Numbered from the stretch's first letter, positions 1 to 11,073 are shown. The stretch: DNA of 64,000 bases from an uncultured delta proteobacterium (GCA_963762595.1 CAVXLI010000032.1:9951-73950), one strand, 5' to 3'. Notes: generated by a model from the sequence alone, not told the origin. Numbers and translations: made by a program.

Positions 1-68
1 ATCTGCGGGGAGGGATCGCCCTCCTGCTGCCGCGGCTCACGGCTGAGGCAGGACACGGCACAGGCAAC

Positions 69-877
69 ATGAAGCTCATCCACCTCACCGACCTTCACCT
101 CGTGCCGCCGGGCCAAACGCTGTGGGGCCTCGATCCCTTCGCCCGCTTCGACGCCGCCTCGCCGACATCGCCGCCCATCACGCCGATGCCGGTCTCTGCG
201 CCATCACCGGCGACCTGACCGAGAAGGGCGACGTCGCCGCCTATGAGCATGCTGAAGGACCGGCTCGCAGCGCTTTCCCATCGAAACCCACCTGATGCTC
301 GGCAATCACGACGACCGCGCCAATTATCTCGAAGCGTCTTCGGCGGTGCCGGTGCGTCCGGCCATGTGCAGCATGCGCGATCACGCGCGATGGCGCTCAT
401 CTCCTCTTCCTCGATACGCTGAAGGGCCCGCCATCCTCCGCCGGCCTCTATGACGCGCCACGCCGCGCATGGCTCGAGGCCGAACTCGCCAAGGCCGGCG
501 GCGCGCCCCGTCTACCTCTTCATGCATCATCCGCCCTTCGACATCGGGCACGACGCTGATGGACCTGATCAAGCTCGACGACGCGGAGGATTTCGCGGGC
601 CTGCTCAAGGGCCACGACATCCGCCACATCTTCTTCGGCCACGCCCACCGCACGATCTCCGGGCATGTGGAACGGCATCGGCTTCTCGGCGCTGCCCAGC
701 CTCAACCACCAGCTGCCGCTGGTCGGCGGCTCGGTCGAAACGGTCTATTCCGACGAGCCGCCGATGTATGCCGCGGTGACCATCACGGACGCCATGACGG
801 TCGTCCACTCGGACGCCTTCCTCCACCGCGCCCCCGCACGCATGGAGCGGGAGGCGGAGCGGGGAAATTGGTACTAA
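69..877 (+). CDS. metallophosphoesterase / CpdA-GpdQ-type phosphodiesterase, reading frame broken several times
   Basis: ATG at 69 gives MKLIHLTDLHLVPPGQ. Later pieces in other frames carry LMLGNHDD, FMHHPPFDIGH and IFFGHAHRTISG (ORFs 450..779, 469..918, 665..877), the calcineurin-like motif set. Confidence 0.6.
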
Positions 878-904
878 CGATGTCAATCAGCAGCAGAGGC
901 CTGA

Positions 905-2339
905 CTAGCATATCGTAGGAATAAAAGCAAGTAGGAATGTTATCCATGCCTCGCACGGCCCTTCATGGACCAAGGGACCCGGTTCACGCCAGCCCTCGGC
1001 CCTCAGCACCTGCCGGATCGACGCCGCGGTCTTGTCCACGATCTCGGTCAGCTCCGCATCCGTCACGTTGTAGGGCGGCGCCAGGATCACCACGTCGCCG
1101 TTGATCCCGTCCACGTTGCCGCCCACCGGATAGCAGATGAGCCCGTTCTCGAAGGCCTGGGCGCGGATCTTCATGAACAGCTTCCGCTCGCCGTCGAAGG
1201 GCTTCTTGGTCTTGCGGTCCGCCACCAGCTCGATCGCCTGGAAGAAGCCGCGGCCGCGAATGTCGCCCACCGCCTCGATGTCCTTGCGTGGCCTCCGCCA
1301 GCATGGCGCGCAGCGTGCCCTCCATGGCGTGGACGCGCTCGACCAGCTTCTCGCGCTCCACGATCTTCTGCACCGCAACGCCCGCCGCGCAGCAGGCGGT
1401 GTGGCCGGTGAAGGTGTGGCCCGTCATCGGTGCGCCATGCTTGCCGTGGATCGCGTCCGCCACCTTGTCGTTGTAGATCGCGGCGCCCAGCGGCAGGTAG
1501 CCGGCGGCCAGGCCCTTGGCCACCGACATGATGTCGGGCTCGACGCCGTCCTGCTCCAGCGCGCGCCAGGTGCCGGAGCGGCCGGCGCCGCACATCACCT
1601 CATCCGAGATCATGATGCACGCCGTACTTGTCGCAGATCTCGCGCACGCGCTTGGCATAGCCCTTCGGCGCGGGCACGCAGCCGCCCGCCGCACCCACCA
1701 CGGGCTCGAAGATGAAGGCGCAGATCTTCTCCGGCCCCATGCGCAGGATCTCGTCCTCCAGTTCCTTCGCGCAGGCCTCGCCCACGGTCTCAGGCGTGGC
1801 GCCCGGCAACGGGGCGGTAGGCATTGACGGGCGAAAGGCGCGAGACGTCGAGCAGCGAGCCCTCGAAGGCGCGCTTCCGCTCGAGGAAGCCCGACACCGA
1901 CAGTGCGCCCAGCGTGTTGCCGTGCCAGGAGCGTTCGCGCGCGATGAAGCGCCTGCGGCTCATCTCGCCCCGCGCCGCATGATACTGCAGCGCGAGCTTC
2001 AGGCAGGATTCGACCGCCTCCGAACCGCCCGTCACATAGACCATGTTGTTGAGCGTGCCGCCGCAGCGGCGGCCGGATGATCTCGGTCAGTTCCTCCAGC
2101 GCATCGGAGGAGAAGTTGTAGCGGTAGCCATGCGCGATCCGGTCCAGCTGGTCCTTGATCGCGGCATTCACCTCCGCGTTGGAGTGGCCGATGCAATAGA
2201 CGGCGGGGCCGCCGGAGCCGTCGATATACTGCTTGCCGTCCACGTCATAGACATAGCTGCCCTTCGCCCAGGCCACTTTCGGAAGATCGCCGGTCGAGTG
2301 AATATGCTTGGGAAGTGCGGCGGCGGAAGTCATGTGCAT
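905..2339 (-). CDS. class III (omega) aminotransferase, PLP-dependent, reading frame broken several times
   Basis: The N-terminus and middle of ORF 984..2387 carry [32 protein letters not shown] and [15 protein letters not shown]...[15 protein letters not shown]. The sequence continues in ORFs 1790..2044, 1600..1824 ([17 protein letters not shown]) and 905..1378 ([24 protein letters not shown]). The exact stop is uncertain. Confidence 0.7.
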
Positions 2340-2407
2340 GAAGCCTTGCGTTGGAAATGGATGCTCACCCAAAATCCTAACACCCAATCGAGAGGCTCCG
2401 CAAACCG

Positions 2408-3443
2408 GTGATCACCGTCTTCGACGACACGCAACGCTCCCATGCGCCCCGCGAATTCATCGTCTCGGGAAAACCGCAGCCCATTCCGGAAACTCCGGAG
2501 CGGATCGACATGCTGCTGGAGGGCGTGCGGCGCCTCGGCGGCCCGATCGTCGCGCCGCCCGAGATCTTCGGAGACACCCTCGCGCTGGTGCATGACCGGC
2601 GCTACATCCAGTTCCTCTCCACCCTGTGGGAGCGCTGGCGGAGGCTGCCCGATGCGTCGGAGACGCCCTCGGCCAACGTCTTCGCGCTGGGCCGCGCCAA
2701 CCTTCCGCCCGACGGCCTATCCGGAGAGCGTCGTCGGCCAGTGCGGCTGGCACCTGGGCGACAGGTCATGCCCCGTCACCTCGACGACCTGGCAAGCCGC
2801 CCGCGCCAGTGCCGCCACGGCCGCCCACGGCGCGAGGCTTGCTGCTGCACGGCGAGCGCTGGCCTATGCGCTGTGCCGCCCGCCCGGCCACCACGCCGCC
2901 TCCGACATGGCGGCGGGCTTCTGCTACTTCAACAACACCGCCATCGCCGCGGCGCTGCTGACGCGAGCCGGAAAGCGCACCGCCATCCTCGACATCGACG
3001 TCCACCACGGCAACGGCACGGAGGCGATCTTCTATGACCGCGCCGATGTGCTCACCGTCTCGATCCATGCCCATCCCAAGCGCTTCTATCCCTTCTTCTG
3101 GGGCTATGCGGAGGAGACGGGCAGGGGCGAGGGCGAAGGCTTCAATCTCAACCTGCCCGCTGGAACGCGGCACCACGCTCAAGCCCTACTGTCGCGGCGC
3201 TCGACACGGCATTGAAGCGCATCGCCGATTTCGCGCCGATACGCTCGGTGCTGGCCGGCGGGCCTCGACATCGCGGTCGACGATCCCTTCAAGGGCTTCG
3301 CCATCGAGACGGCGGAGTTCGAGGTGATCGGCCGCCAGATCGCGGGGCTCGGGCTTCCGGTGCTCGTCGTGCAGGAAGGCGGCTATCCCTCGCCCCATCT
3401 CGGCCTCAACCTCGCCTCGCTGCTCAAGGGCCTTCTCGCATGA
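2408..3443 (+). CDS. histone deacetylase-family amidohydrolase (acetylpolyamine/acetoin-utilisation type), frame broken
   Basis: ORF 2408..3037 gives the N-terminus. ORF 2442..3215 carries CRPPGHHA, FCYFNNTAIAA and DIDVHHGNGT. The tail VLVVQEGGY...LLKGLLA ends at TGA 3441..3443. Confidence 0.7.
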
Positions 3444-3715
3444 GCCTGGTGAGGCCGCATGCGCAAGGGCGAGGAAGAGGCCGTGGCCGGCATGGTGCGC
3501 GGCCTGGCGGAGCACATCGGCACGGGTTTCGTTCCGAAGCTCGACGGCGAGAGGCTCGCCGCCGCGCGAGGACCTGATCGACGTCGTGGTGGCGGAGGAT
3601 GAGGGCCGCCTCGTCGGCGCCTGCCTCGGCCTCATGACCTTCTCCACCTGGCGCGGCGCGCCGGGGCTCTATGTGGTCGATCTCTTCGTGCTGCCGGAGG
3701 CGCGCGGGATTATCG
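3440..3715 (+). pseudogene. GNAT-family N-acetyltransferase fragment, frame-broken and cut off at the composition break
   Basis: The ATGA overlaps the upstream stop. Pieces read RKGEEEAVAGMVRGLAEHIG and DVVVAEDEGRLVGACLGLMTFSTWRGAPGLYVVDLFVLPEARG. The expected acetyl-CoA loop after EARG is missing, and the sequence turns AT-rich at about 3712. Confidence 0.5.
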
Positions 3716-4135
3716 CGATTTGCTTTGGCATGGGCGATTTGAAGAAAGTAAGCTTTGCTCCAAATGTTCGAATAGAGTGTCCTTTCCTGGTAAAAGAGGA
3801 GCTTTAAACAAGTTTTTCTGACTACAAGATTCAATTTGTAGACAACTTCACCGATTTCAAAAATCCAATATGTTGATAACTTTCCGGGTCTTCCCTGAAA
3901 CGATCAGTGATATCTATTCCAGATCTAGAAATACTTGATGCGCTTTTGATTTCCATTGCTGGCCAATCTGACAAACTTCCGAAAGAATCTCTCGCTTTCT
4001 TTTCGAGGGAATTCGGGGGACATCATACTTAATTATCCCAGAATAAAGAACAACGTTTCTGTTGATAATCCTCAATACTTTCAAGTATCCAAGAGTGTTT
4101 GGTTGTAGGTGTAATCAACATGGAGAGCAATGTCT

Positions 4136-6105
4136 TTATTTAATCTTGGCTAACAACGGTCTAACTTTTTTAATTACAAACACGATTAAAAAAATTAAGG
4201 CACACAGAAGAACAAACCCGATAATTGGAGCTCCATAAGTGATAGCGTTGCCGTTGGCAAATATTTTTTTCAAATCCGTTGAAGGTTCCGCTTGATAACG
4301 GCCTTCCGGTGCTCGATATTTTTCCGGGATATTGGGAATTTTATTTCTATTTGTATCCGTAAAGGAACGCATATACTGCGTAAGGGCTATCCACTCTTTT
4401 AATTCCTGTGGCTTGGAAGAACCTTTATCGGTATAGATAATCGCCTTTTCTAAATCCGGCAAAGTGCGTCCTTTCTTATCCTTCGGTTTTACACTGAGAA
4501 GTCCATAGGTAACCCTGGAAACATAATTTATCATTTCCGCCGCATAGAGATTAGAACAGACACGATACAGTTTCTTAAAATCGACGAGGCTTATATTCGC
4601 CCTTTTCATCCTGAACGGAAACTTGCGTTACCCGGTCGAACAAAATTCGATGGGGATTGAAGGCAAACTTCACCCCGGAAACCTGCAGATGAGCGTCCTC
4701 TTTTTTAAAAGGCGCCACTGATGCCTCAACCTCCAGAATATCCTTCAGTTCCTTGCCGGTGACATAAAAAGCCAACAGCGGATAGCCGGCTACGCCATCC
4801 CTGCCGATACCCAGCGATAGCACCTGAAAAACATCCGCAGTGGTAATTTTCCCCTTCTGGAAAGAATCCCTGATCAATCCCAGCGGTTCCAGGGCAACAT
4901 GAACATATTCATAATTATTCCCTTCGGCTTTTTGTACGGCATAGCGGTAAGCATCGGTAATCATGTTTCCCAATCCCATCTCTCTGGGGGTGGCATAAGC
5001 GGAAGCAAGCGACTCCATATTAAAATCACTTTCGGCAATTACCTGATCAAAACTTAAATGATAGGAGAAAGAAAATTCCGGCTAACAATATCTTTGTAGT
5101 CGGCAATCTCTTCCGAGATAATTCTATCGTCCGGAATACCGGTGGTAATATTTCTTAAATCGTAGGAAGCAGACCTTGATATCTTTTCCTTTGGTGTAAA
5201 AAACTTTCAAAATACCCAGATACTCACCATAACAACCGCTGGAAACGATAATTGTCCTGCCAACTTTTAATCGGTTTGGGTAAAATCGTGTGTGTATGGC
5301 CGCTGATAATAACATCGATCTGCGGCACTTTTCGTGCCAATTCTTCATCTTCCGATTTCTTTTTTACCGGAGATGTACCGGAATGCGAAAGGCAGATAAT
5401 CAATATCCACCTTTTCTTTGTTTTTTAAAACATCCACCATCTTCTTACTGGCCCGAATCGGATCGGCCAAATTCAACAGGCTTGGCAAAGGGCGTATCAT
5501 CACCGGCATCCTTGCCCATAATGCCGAAAACTCCAATGCGGATACCGTTTCTTTCAAAAACCATATATTCTTTTACAGGATAATTTTTAAAGGCTTGCTT
5601 CAGCGCCGCATCTCCGGGATCGTTCTTGCTAAAAATAACATTGGAAGCAACCAAAGCGGGCAACTGCTGGGTTTTAGACCGGGCAGTCTGAAGCATTTTA
5701 GCCAGACCATCCGCGTGAAAATCGAAATCATGATTGCCGAAGGTTACTACATCGTAACCCATTTTCCCCATGAGCCGGAGTTCAGAGGCTTCTTTCAGAA
5801 ATGAAGTGTGAAAAAGTGTACCCATGGAAAAATCGCCGGCATCAACACGCAAGGTCTTATTTTGATGATATATCCGCTGTTCTTTAATTACATAAGCTAG
5901 CTTAGCGTATCCTCCCTGCTGTACTTGTTGTCCGTCCTGAGTCAAAACTCTGATGGGGCAGTAAATACGAATGCAAATCATGAGTAAAAAGAATCACCAG
6001 TTCTCTGCCGCCTCTTCCCTGACCGTCCGAATCTCCTCCCGCAATGATAATCAGCAACAAAGAAAAAGTAAGCAACACGATTTTTTTGGCAAGCTTCATG
6101 ATCAT
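4136..6105 (-). CDS. 5'-nucleotidase / UshA-like metallophosphatase with signal peptide and C-terminal TM anchor, frame broken several times
   Basis: ORF 5902..6105 has a signal peptide plus ILFTHDLHS. ORF 5445..5981 has VDAGDFSMGT and TFGNHDFDF. ORF 4575..5018 is the 5'-nucleotidase C-terminal domain. ORF 4136..4609 continues it (YRVCSNLYAAEM) and ends in the hydrophobic stretch IIGFVLLCALIFLIVFVI. Confidence 0.75.
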
Positions 6106-6354
6106 TATCCTTTCTTACATAAATCAAATTTATATACTCCATCAATAATTAGAAAAAATAACATGGGTGGTTCTGGTCTCCAAAATGATAATTGCTCATA
6201 ATACCCGGATGCTGGCATCTGATATGTCATATCTATTTATTATATCATAATTTATTTTACTTTACCCGCAAGATTATCAATTTTAGATTAACTTACCGCT
6301 GCGTGGAAATAATATTATCTCTAAGCCAGCTGTATTCATATATACTTAAAAATT

Positions 6355-7308
6355 CTATCCAAGTCTTGGCCTTTTCTCTTCAGCTAATAAACAACCGGCA
6401 ATACAAGCTTCCGCGCACTCACCGTCGCATGGTTCAATATGAATAGTAATAACGGAATCGGGAAATCTTCGTCTGATTTTTAATTTTAATCCTTTAGTAA
6501 TGTTGTGGGAATCAACCACCGACATTTGCGGATTAACTTTAATATGAAATTCTATAAAACGAAAATGCCCCGCTTTGCGTGTCCTTAACTGATGAAATCC
6601 GTGGAGGGATGGCCAGCTTACAATTACATCGCGAATCCAATCCTCTTCTTCCGGCGGCAATTTAACATCCATTAAATCACGAATAGAGTTTGCAGTTAAT
6701 TCGTAAGCTGCACGCAAGATAATGACAGCAACAAATATGGCGGCGATCGGATCAAGCCAGTGTATCTTGGGATCGGGGAAAAGACTATGACCGATCCAAA
6801 TTAACCCCAGGCTGACCATAACGCCCACGGAAGTATATACATCCGTTCGTAAATGCCAGGCGTCGGCCTGCAGGGCAATGGAATCAGCTTCCTTGCCTAC
6901 CTGGAAAAGTTTTCGGGAAACAATATAATTAACGACAGCGGAAAAGAACATGACCGCGACTCCCCATTCCGGCGCATTCAAGTGACTTGCGCAGAACTTA
7001 ATTTTTTCAGCGCTTCAAATATAATCCAAAACGCGGCGACAAAAATAAGCACTGCTTCCACAAAACCGGATATATTTTCTATTTTCCCGTGGCCAAAGGG
7101 ATGACGATCATCAGCGGGAACGCTGGATGTTTTCACGGAAAACATGGCGATAATTGCGGCCAACTAAATCCATACCCGAATGAATCGCTTCGGATATTAT
7201 CGAAACAGAACCAATCAAAACACCGACAATTACTTTAAATAAAACCAAAAAAGAATTGGAAACAACTGATAATATCGCCACTCTTTCTTTGCGCTGCTGT
7301 AAAGACAT
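6355..7308 (-). CDS. cation diffusion facilitator (CDF) family metal efflux transporter, two frame breaks
   Basis: ORFs 7111..7362 (from MSLQQRKERVAILSV...SEAIHSGMDL), 6978..7163 (DDRHPFGHGKIENI) and 6355..6981 (ALQADAWHLRTDVYTS, then the cytoplasmic domain). The tail is Cys-rich: CDGECAEACIAGC. Confidence 0.85.
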
Positions 7309-7486
7309 CAATTTAACTCTCCGGACTATGGTGATTTTTATACCTTTATTTCCATATATCACGGCTGTGAATTGATTTCCCGTAAATTTTAAGACACGCC
7401 CTAAAAATAATTGATTTCCTTTGCAAGCTAGTTAAAATTATGGTAGTGAGGAACGCCTTAATTCACTGTTCAATTAAGTTGTATAT

Positions 7487-8618
7487 ATGAATATAAACAA
7501 TAAATAAAAATATTTTTCCATATTTTAAAAATGCTACGATTAAAGATTGGCAGGACTGGCGCTGGCAATTCAAAAATCGCATTACCAAGAATGGCACAAT
7601 TAGATCATTTTCCCGGCTGGGCAGCGCGGCGGACAGAAAAGTTAAACGCCGTAACATCTTTTATCCTATGGCAATCACTCCTTATTATTTATCACTTATT
7701 CAAAATGATGACTGAAAACGATCCGATCCGCACTCAGTGCATTCCGGATTTGCGGGAAATTTCTTGCTATAAGGACTATCTGGACGATCCTCTGGAAGAA
7801 GACATCCATATGCCGGTACCCAAACTAATCCACCGCTATCCTGATCGCTGTCTGGCTATTGTTACTGAAATTTGCCCTACTTATTGCCGGCATTGCAATC
7901 GCAAGCGTTTCTGGTCACAATCCGCATATGTTAGCTTAAAAATCACGGCTACAAAAAATTATCCCTTACATTTCTGAATCGCCGCAAATCAGAGAAGTTA
8001 TCATCTCCGGCGGTGATCCGCTTATTTTTGATGATCAAACTATAGAAACTCTACTGGCCTCGCTGAAAGCTATACCGCACATTGAAGTTTTACGTATCGG
8101 CAGTCGCGTCCCCGTTGTCATGCCTATGCGTATAACCAAAGAATTTTGCCGGATGCTCAAACGCTACCGGCCCTTATGGTTTAATACGCAATTTAATCAT
8201 CCGGACGAAATCACTCCCGGAATCTAAACGAGCCTGCAATATGATCCAGGAATCAGGAATTCCTGTTTCCAACCAATCCGTTTTACTCAAAGGCGTCAAT
8301 GACTCTCCGGATGTAATGCGCAATTTACTTTACGGCTTGCAAAAGATATCTGTTCGTCCTTATTATCTTTTCCACTGCGACCCGGTTAAAGGATGCGAAC
8401 ACTTCCGTACCGATTTAAAATCAGGAATAACTATGATGGAAAAAATATGGAGTCAGTGTTCCGGGCTTTGTCTGCCTCAATATGTTCTTGATTTACCGGG
8501 AAGCACAGGAAAGATGCCTCTAAATGTAATGTCGGAAACAATAAAAAATGATTTGCAAACACATCAACATTATTTTGACAAGTTTATACTAAATAGATTA
8601 GTAAGAACGAGTAATTAA
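7487..8618 (+). CDS. epmB: KamA-family radical SAM lysine 2,3-aminomutase (EF-P beta-lysylation enzyme EpmB-like), frame broken
   Basis: One frame reads WQDWRWQFKNRIT...FPMAITPYYLSLI. ORF 7531..7977 carries CPTYCRHCNRKR (the CxxxCxxC motif). Then come VIISGGDPL and ORF 8241..8618. The gene sits immediately upstream of efp. The start is approximate. Confidence 0.8.
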
Positions 8619-8660
8619 TCATATAAAATCGTGAAATTCAAGAAATAGGGAGAAAATTTT

Positions 8661-9225
8661 ATGTACACCGCAAGCGATTTAAAGAAAAGGATTACGGCTG
8701 AAAATCGATAACGAACCATATGTCATCACCGAATTCAATTTTGTCAAACCGGGCAAGGGGCAGGCTCTTTACCGCACCAAACTCAAAAACATGATCACTG
8801 GAAGCCAGTTTGAACGATCTTTCCGTTCAGTAGACACCTTTGAATCGGCCGATTTGCGTGAAAAGAAAATGCAGTATTTATATAAGGAAGGCGATAAATA
8901 CTGCTTCATGGACAATGAAAACTACGAACAGGTTTATCTGACGGAAAAACAGGTCGATGATGCCGTAAACTTCTTAATTGATAATATTGAAGTGGAAATA
9001 CTTCTTTTCGAAGACAAACCCATCGGTATCAATCTGCCCAATTTCGTTGATTTGGTCGTTACCGAAGCCGAACCCTGGGCTAAGGGTGATACGGTATCAG
9101 GCGCCACCAAACCGGTTAAAGTCCAGACCGGGTATACGATTCAGGTACCAACCTTTGTTGGCGAGGGCGAAAAAATCCGGATTGACACACGTACCGGGGA
9201 ATATCTAACCCGCGTCAAAGGATAA
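8661..9225 (+). CDS. efp: translation elongation factor P, one extra A near codon 10
   Basis: MYTASDLKK, then removing one A from an AAAA run gives GLRLKIDNEPYVITEFNFVKPGKGQALYRTKLKN and the sequence joins ORF 8791..9225. The span is 3n+1. Confidence 0.9.
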
Positions 9226-9231
9226 ATACAT

Positions 9232-10170
9232 TTGAGTGCATCAAATTTGGATGATATTTTTTTACTGGCGCAAAAAAAAGAAGCCTTGCACCTGCGCGCC
9301 AGACTGATCCAAAATATCCGTCTTTTTTTTATTGAGCATGGATTTTTAGAAATAGAAACTCCGCTGAGAATCCCCTCACCCGCACCGGAAGAACATATTG
9401 AAGCATTTCCTTCGGGCGATTGGTTTTTACAAACGTCCCCTGAACTTTGTATGAAAAGGCTTCTGGCTTCCGGCTTTCCGCTTATCTTTCAAATCAGCAA
9501 ATGTTTCCGCGCGGGCGAAAGAGGCAATCTACATTTGCCGGAATTCACTATGCTGGAATGGTATGTTACAAAATTCGATTACTGGCAACTAATGTCACAA
9601 TGCGAAGAGATGATCTTTACGGTTGCGAATAATATGAACATCGTTGGGCATTGTTCCTTTCATAATAAAAAAATAAATTTGATACCGCCCTGGAAAAAAA
9701 TCACCGTGCAGGAAGCTTTTGAAAAATACGCGCCGGTTACCCTGGGAGAAGCTCTAGCTGCCGATAAATTTGATGAAACCTTAGTTGATTATATCGAACC
9801 CAGCCTGGGTATTGATAGACCTACATTCCTTTATGACTATCCGGCAAAGTTGGCGGCTATGGCTAAATTAAAGAAAGGTGATCCGTCTATAGGCGAGCGT
9901 TTTGAGCTCTATATCGGCGGCATGGAGATTGCCAATGGTTTTTCCGAATTGAATAACTCCGCAGAACAACGGCGGCGCTTTGAACAAGCCTTGCAACTGC
10001 GCGCTCAAAAGAATTGGACGCAATATTCCATGCCGGATAAATTTTTAAATTCACTAACCAACTTACCACCCAGTGCAGGCATTGCCCTGGGCATTGACCG
10101 TTTGGCCATGATCTTTGCCAATGTTTTACAAATAGACGATATCATCTCTTTTACACCGGAGATACTTTAA
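9232..10170 (+). CDS. epmA: EF-P--(R)-beta-lysine ligase (EpmA/GenX/PoxA, truncated class II LysRS paralogue)
   Basis: Intact 312-aa ORF with FLEIETPLRIPSPAPEEH, FRAGERGNLHLPEFTMLEWY, ELYIGGMEIANGFSE and GIALGIDRL. It is adjacent to efp. Confidence 0.85.
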   Translation: MSASNLDDIFLLAQKKEALHLRARLIQNIRLFFIEHGFLEIETPLRIPSPAPEEHIEAFPSGDWFLQTSPELCMKRLLASGFPLIFQISKCFRAGERGNLHLPEFTMLEWYVTKFDYWQLMSQCEEMIFTVANNMNIVGHCSFHNKKINLIPPWKKITVQEAFEKYAPVTLGEALAADKFDETLVDYIEPSLGIDRPTFLYDYPAKLAAMAKLKKGDPSIGERFELYIGGMEIANGFSELNNSAEQRRRFEQALQLRAQKNWTQYSMPDKFLNSLTNLPPSAGIALGIDRLAMIFANVLQIDDIISFTPEIL

Positions 10171-10350
10171 TTTCAGTAACCGTTTTTATTGCGACCAATT
10201 CTAAATCCCTCTAAAGAGTTATATTTCCGATTCACTGAATTTTTCTGGAAAACGGATAGACACGCCGAAACCAAAAAAGATTTATTGACAAGGACATATT
10301 TTTCCTTTAGGTTACGCTCCAAGTTTCAATTACATTTTGGAGATAAAAAA

Positions 10351-11073
10351 GTGAAAGATATTGGGTCTTTAGATTTAGGCGGGAGTTTTCATGGTAGCCT
10401 TTTAGGCATGATTCTTGATGCCGGGCTTATGGTTAAATTTGTCTTGTTGATACTGCTGATTTTTTCTGTCGTTTCCTGGGCAATCATTTTCTTGAAATAC
10501 AAATATTATCGTAATATTAAAAAAGAAAATGACGAATTCAATTCGGACTATATGCGCAGCAGCAAACTATCCGATGTTCACCTGGCTGCAAAAAAATATA
10601 AATCTTCTACAATGGCGGAAGTTTTTCGTGTCGGCTATGAGGAACTCACAAAAATAAATAAACCGTTGAAGGAGTCGGAACAGGCCGGTGATGAAATCAG
10701 CCTTTCTTCCTTGGATAACGTGGAAAGATCTCTAAACAACGCCAGTAATACGGAAATGACCAAGCTGGAAAGCGCATTAGGTTTCCTGGCAACAACCGGT
10801 TCGGCCAGTCCTTTTATCGGCTTATTCGGCACAGTATGGGGTATTATGGATACTTTTAAAGGGATAGGCGCACGCGGTTCGGCAACTCTGGCTGTTGTCG
10901 CTCCGGGCATTTCGGAAGCTCTTATTGCCACCGCTGCCGGACTTGCCGCGGCTATACCGGCTGTTATTTTTTATAATTATTTTTTGAATAAGTCCAAAAC
11001 AATGGTTCAGGAAATGGATAATTTTGCCGCCGAATTTTTAAACATTGTCGAGCGGTATTTTGTTCGTAAATAA
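10351..11073 (+). CDS. tolQ: Tol-Pal system proton channel protein TolQ (MotA/TolQ/ExbB family)
   Basis: ORF 10189..11073. The likely GTG start at 10351 follows GGAGA. TM helices and ASPFIGLFGTVWGIM are present. Confidence 0.85.
   Translation: MKDIGSLDLGGSFHGSLLGMILDAGLMVKFVLLILLIFSVVSWAIIFLKYKYYRNIKKENDEFNSDYMRSSKLSDVHLAAKKYKSSTMAEVFRVGYEELTKINKPLKESEQAGDEISLSSLDNVERSLNNASNTEMTKLESALGFLATTGSASPFIGLFGTVWGIMDTFKGIGARGSATLAVVAPGISEALIATAAGLAAAIPAVIFYNYFLNKSKTMVQEMDNFAAEFLNIVERYFVRK

Noticed and set aside
880-950. A short AT-rich patch with gtaggaat repeated twice between convergent GC-rich genes
   Set aside because: It is only an 8-bp repeat in a convergent spacer and most likely has no significance.
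984-2387. An apparently intact 467-aa ORF
   Set aside because: Only parts of it are aminotransferase-like. Long stretches are Arg/Ala-rich out-of-frame read-through, so the real gene is a mosaic of several frames.
965-2411. Long plus-strand ORFs in the GC-rich segment (965..1411, 1137..1715, 1516..1827, 1712..2080, 2043..2411) and similar ones at 2457..3647
   Set aside because: These are Arg/Ala/Pro-rich shadow ORFs antisense to, or out of frame with, recognisable genes. They are typical of GC-rich DNA and carry no motif.
3730-4135. Minus-strand ORF scraps (MLITPTTKHSWILESIEDYQQKR.., SPEFPRKESERFFRKFVRLASNGNQKRIKYF, GIDITDRFREDPESYQHIGFLKSVKLSTN) next to the composition break
   Set aside because: I cannot assign any family and cannot decide whether they form one broken small gene. 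The evidence is too weak to call.
6106-6354. ORF 6192..6446 and the AT-rich spacer between the nucleotidase and CDF genes
   Set aside because: The ORF overlaps the CDF 3' end and is AT-rich low-complexity sequence. It is most likely just a promoter/terminator spacer.
10189-10350. A 54-codon N-terminal extension of the tolQ ORF
   Set aside because: The extension resembles no TolQ N-terminus. A GTG start with a GGAGA ribosome-binding site at 10351 gives a normal-length protein.
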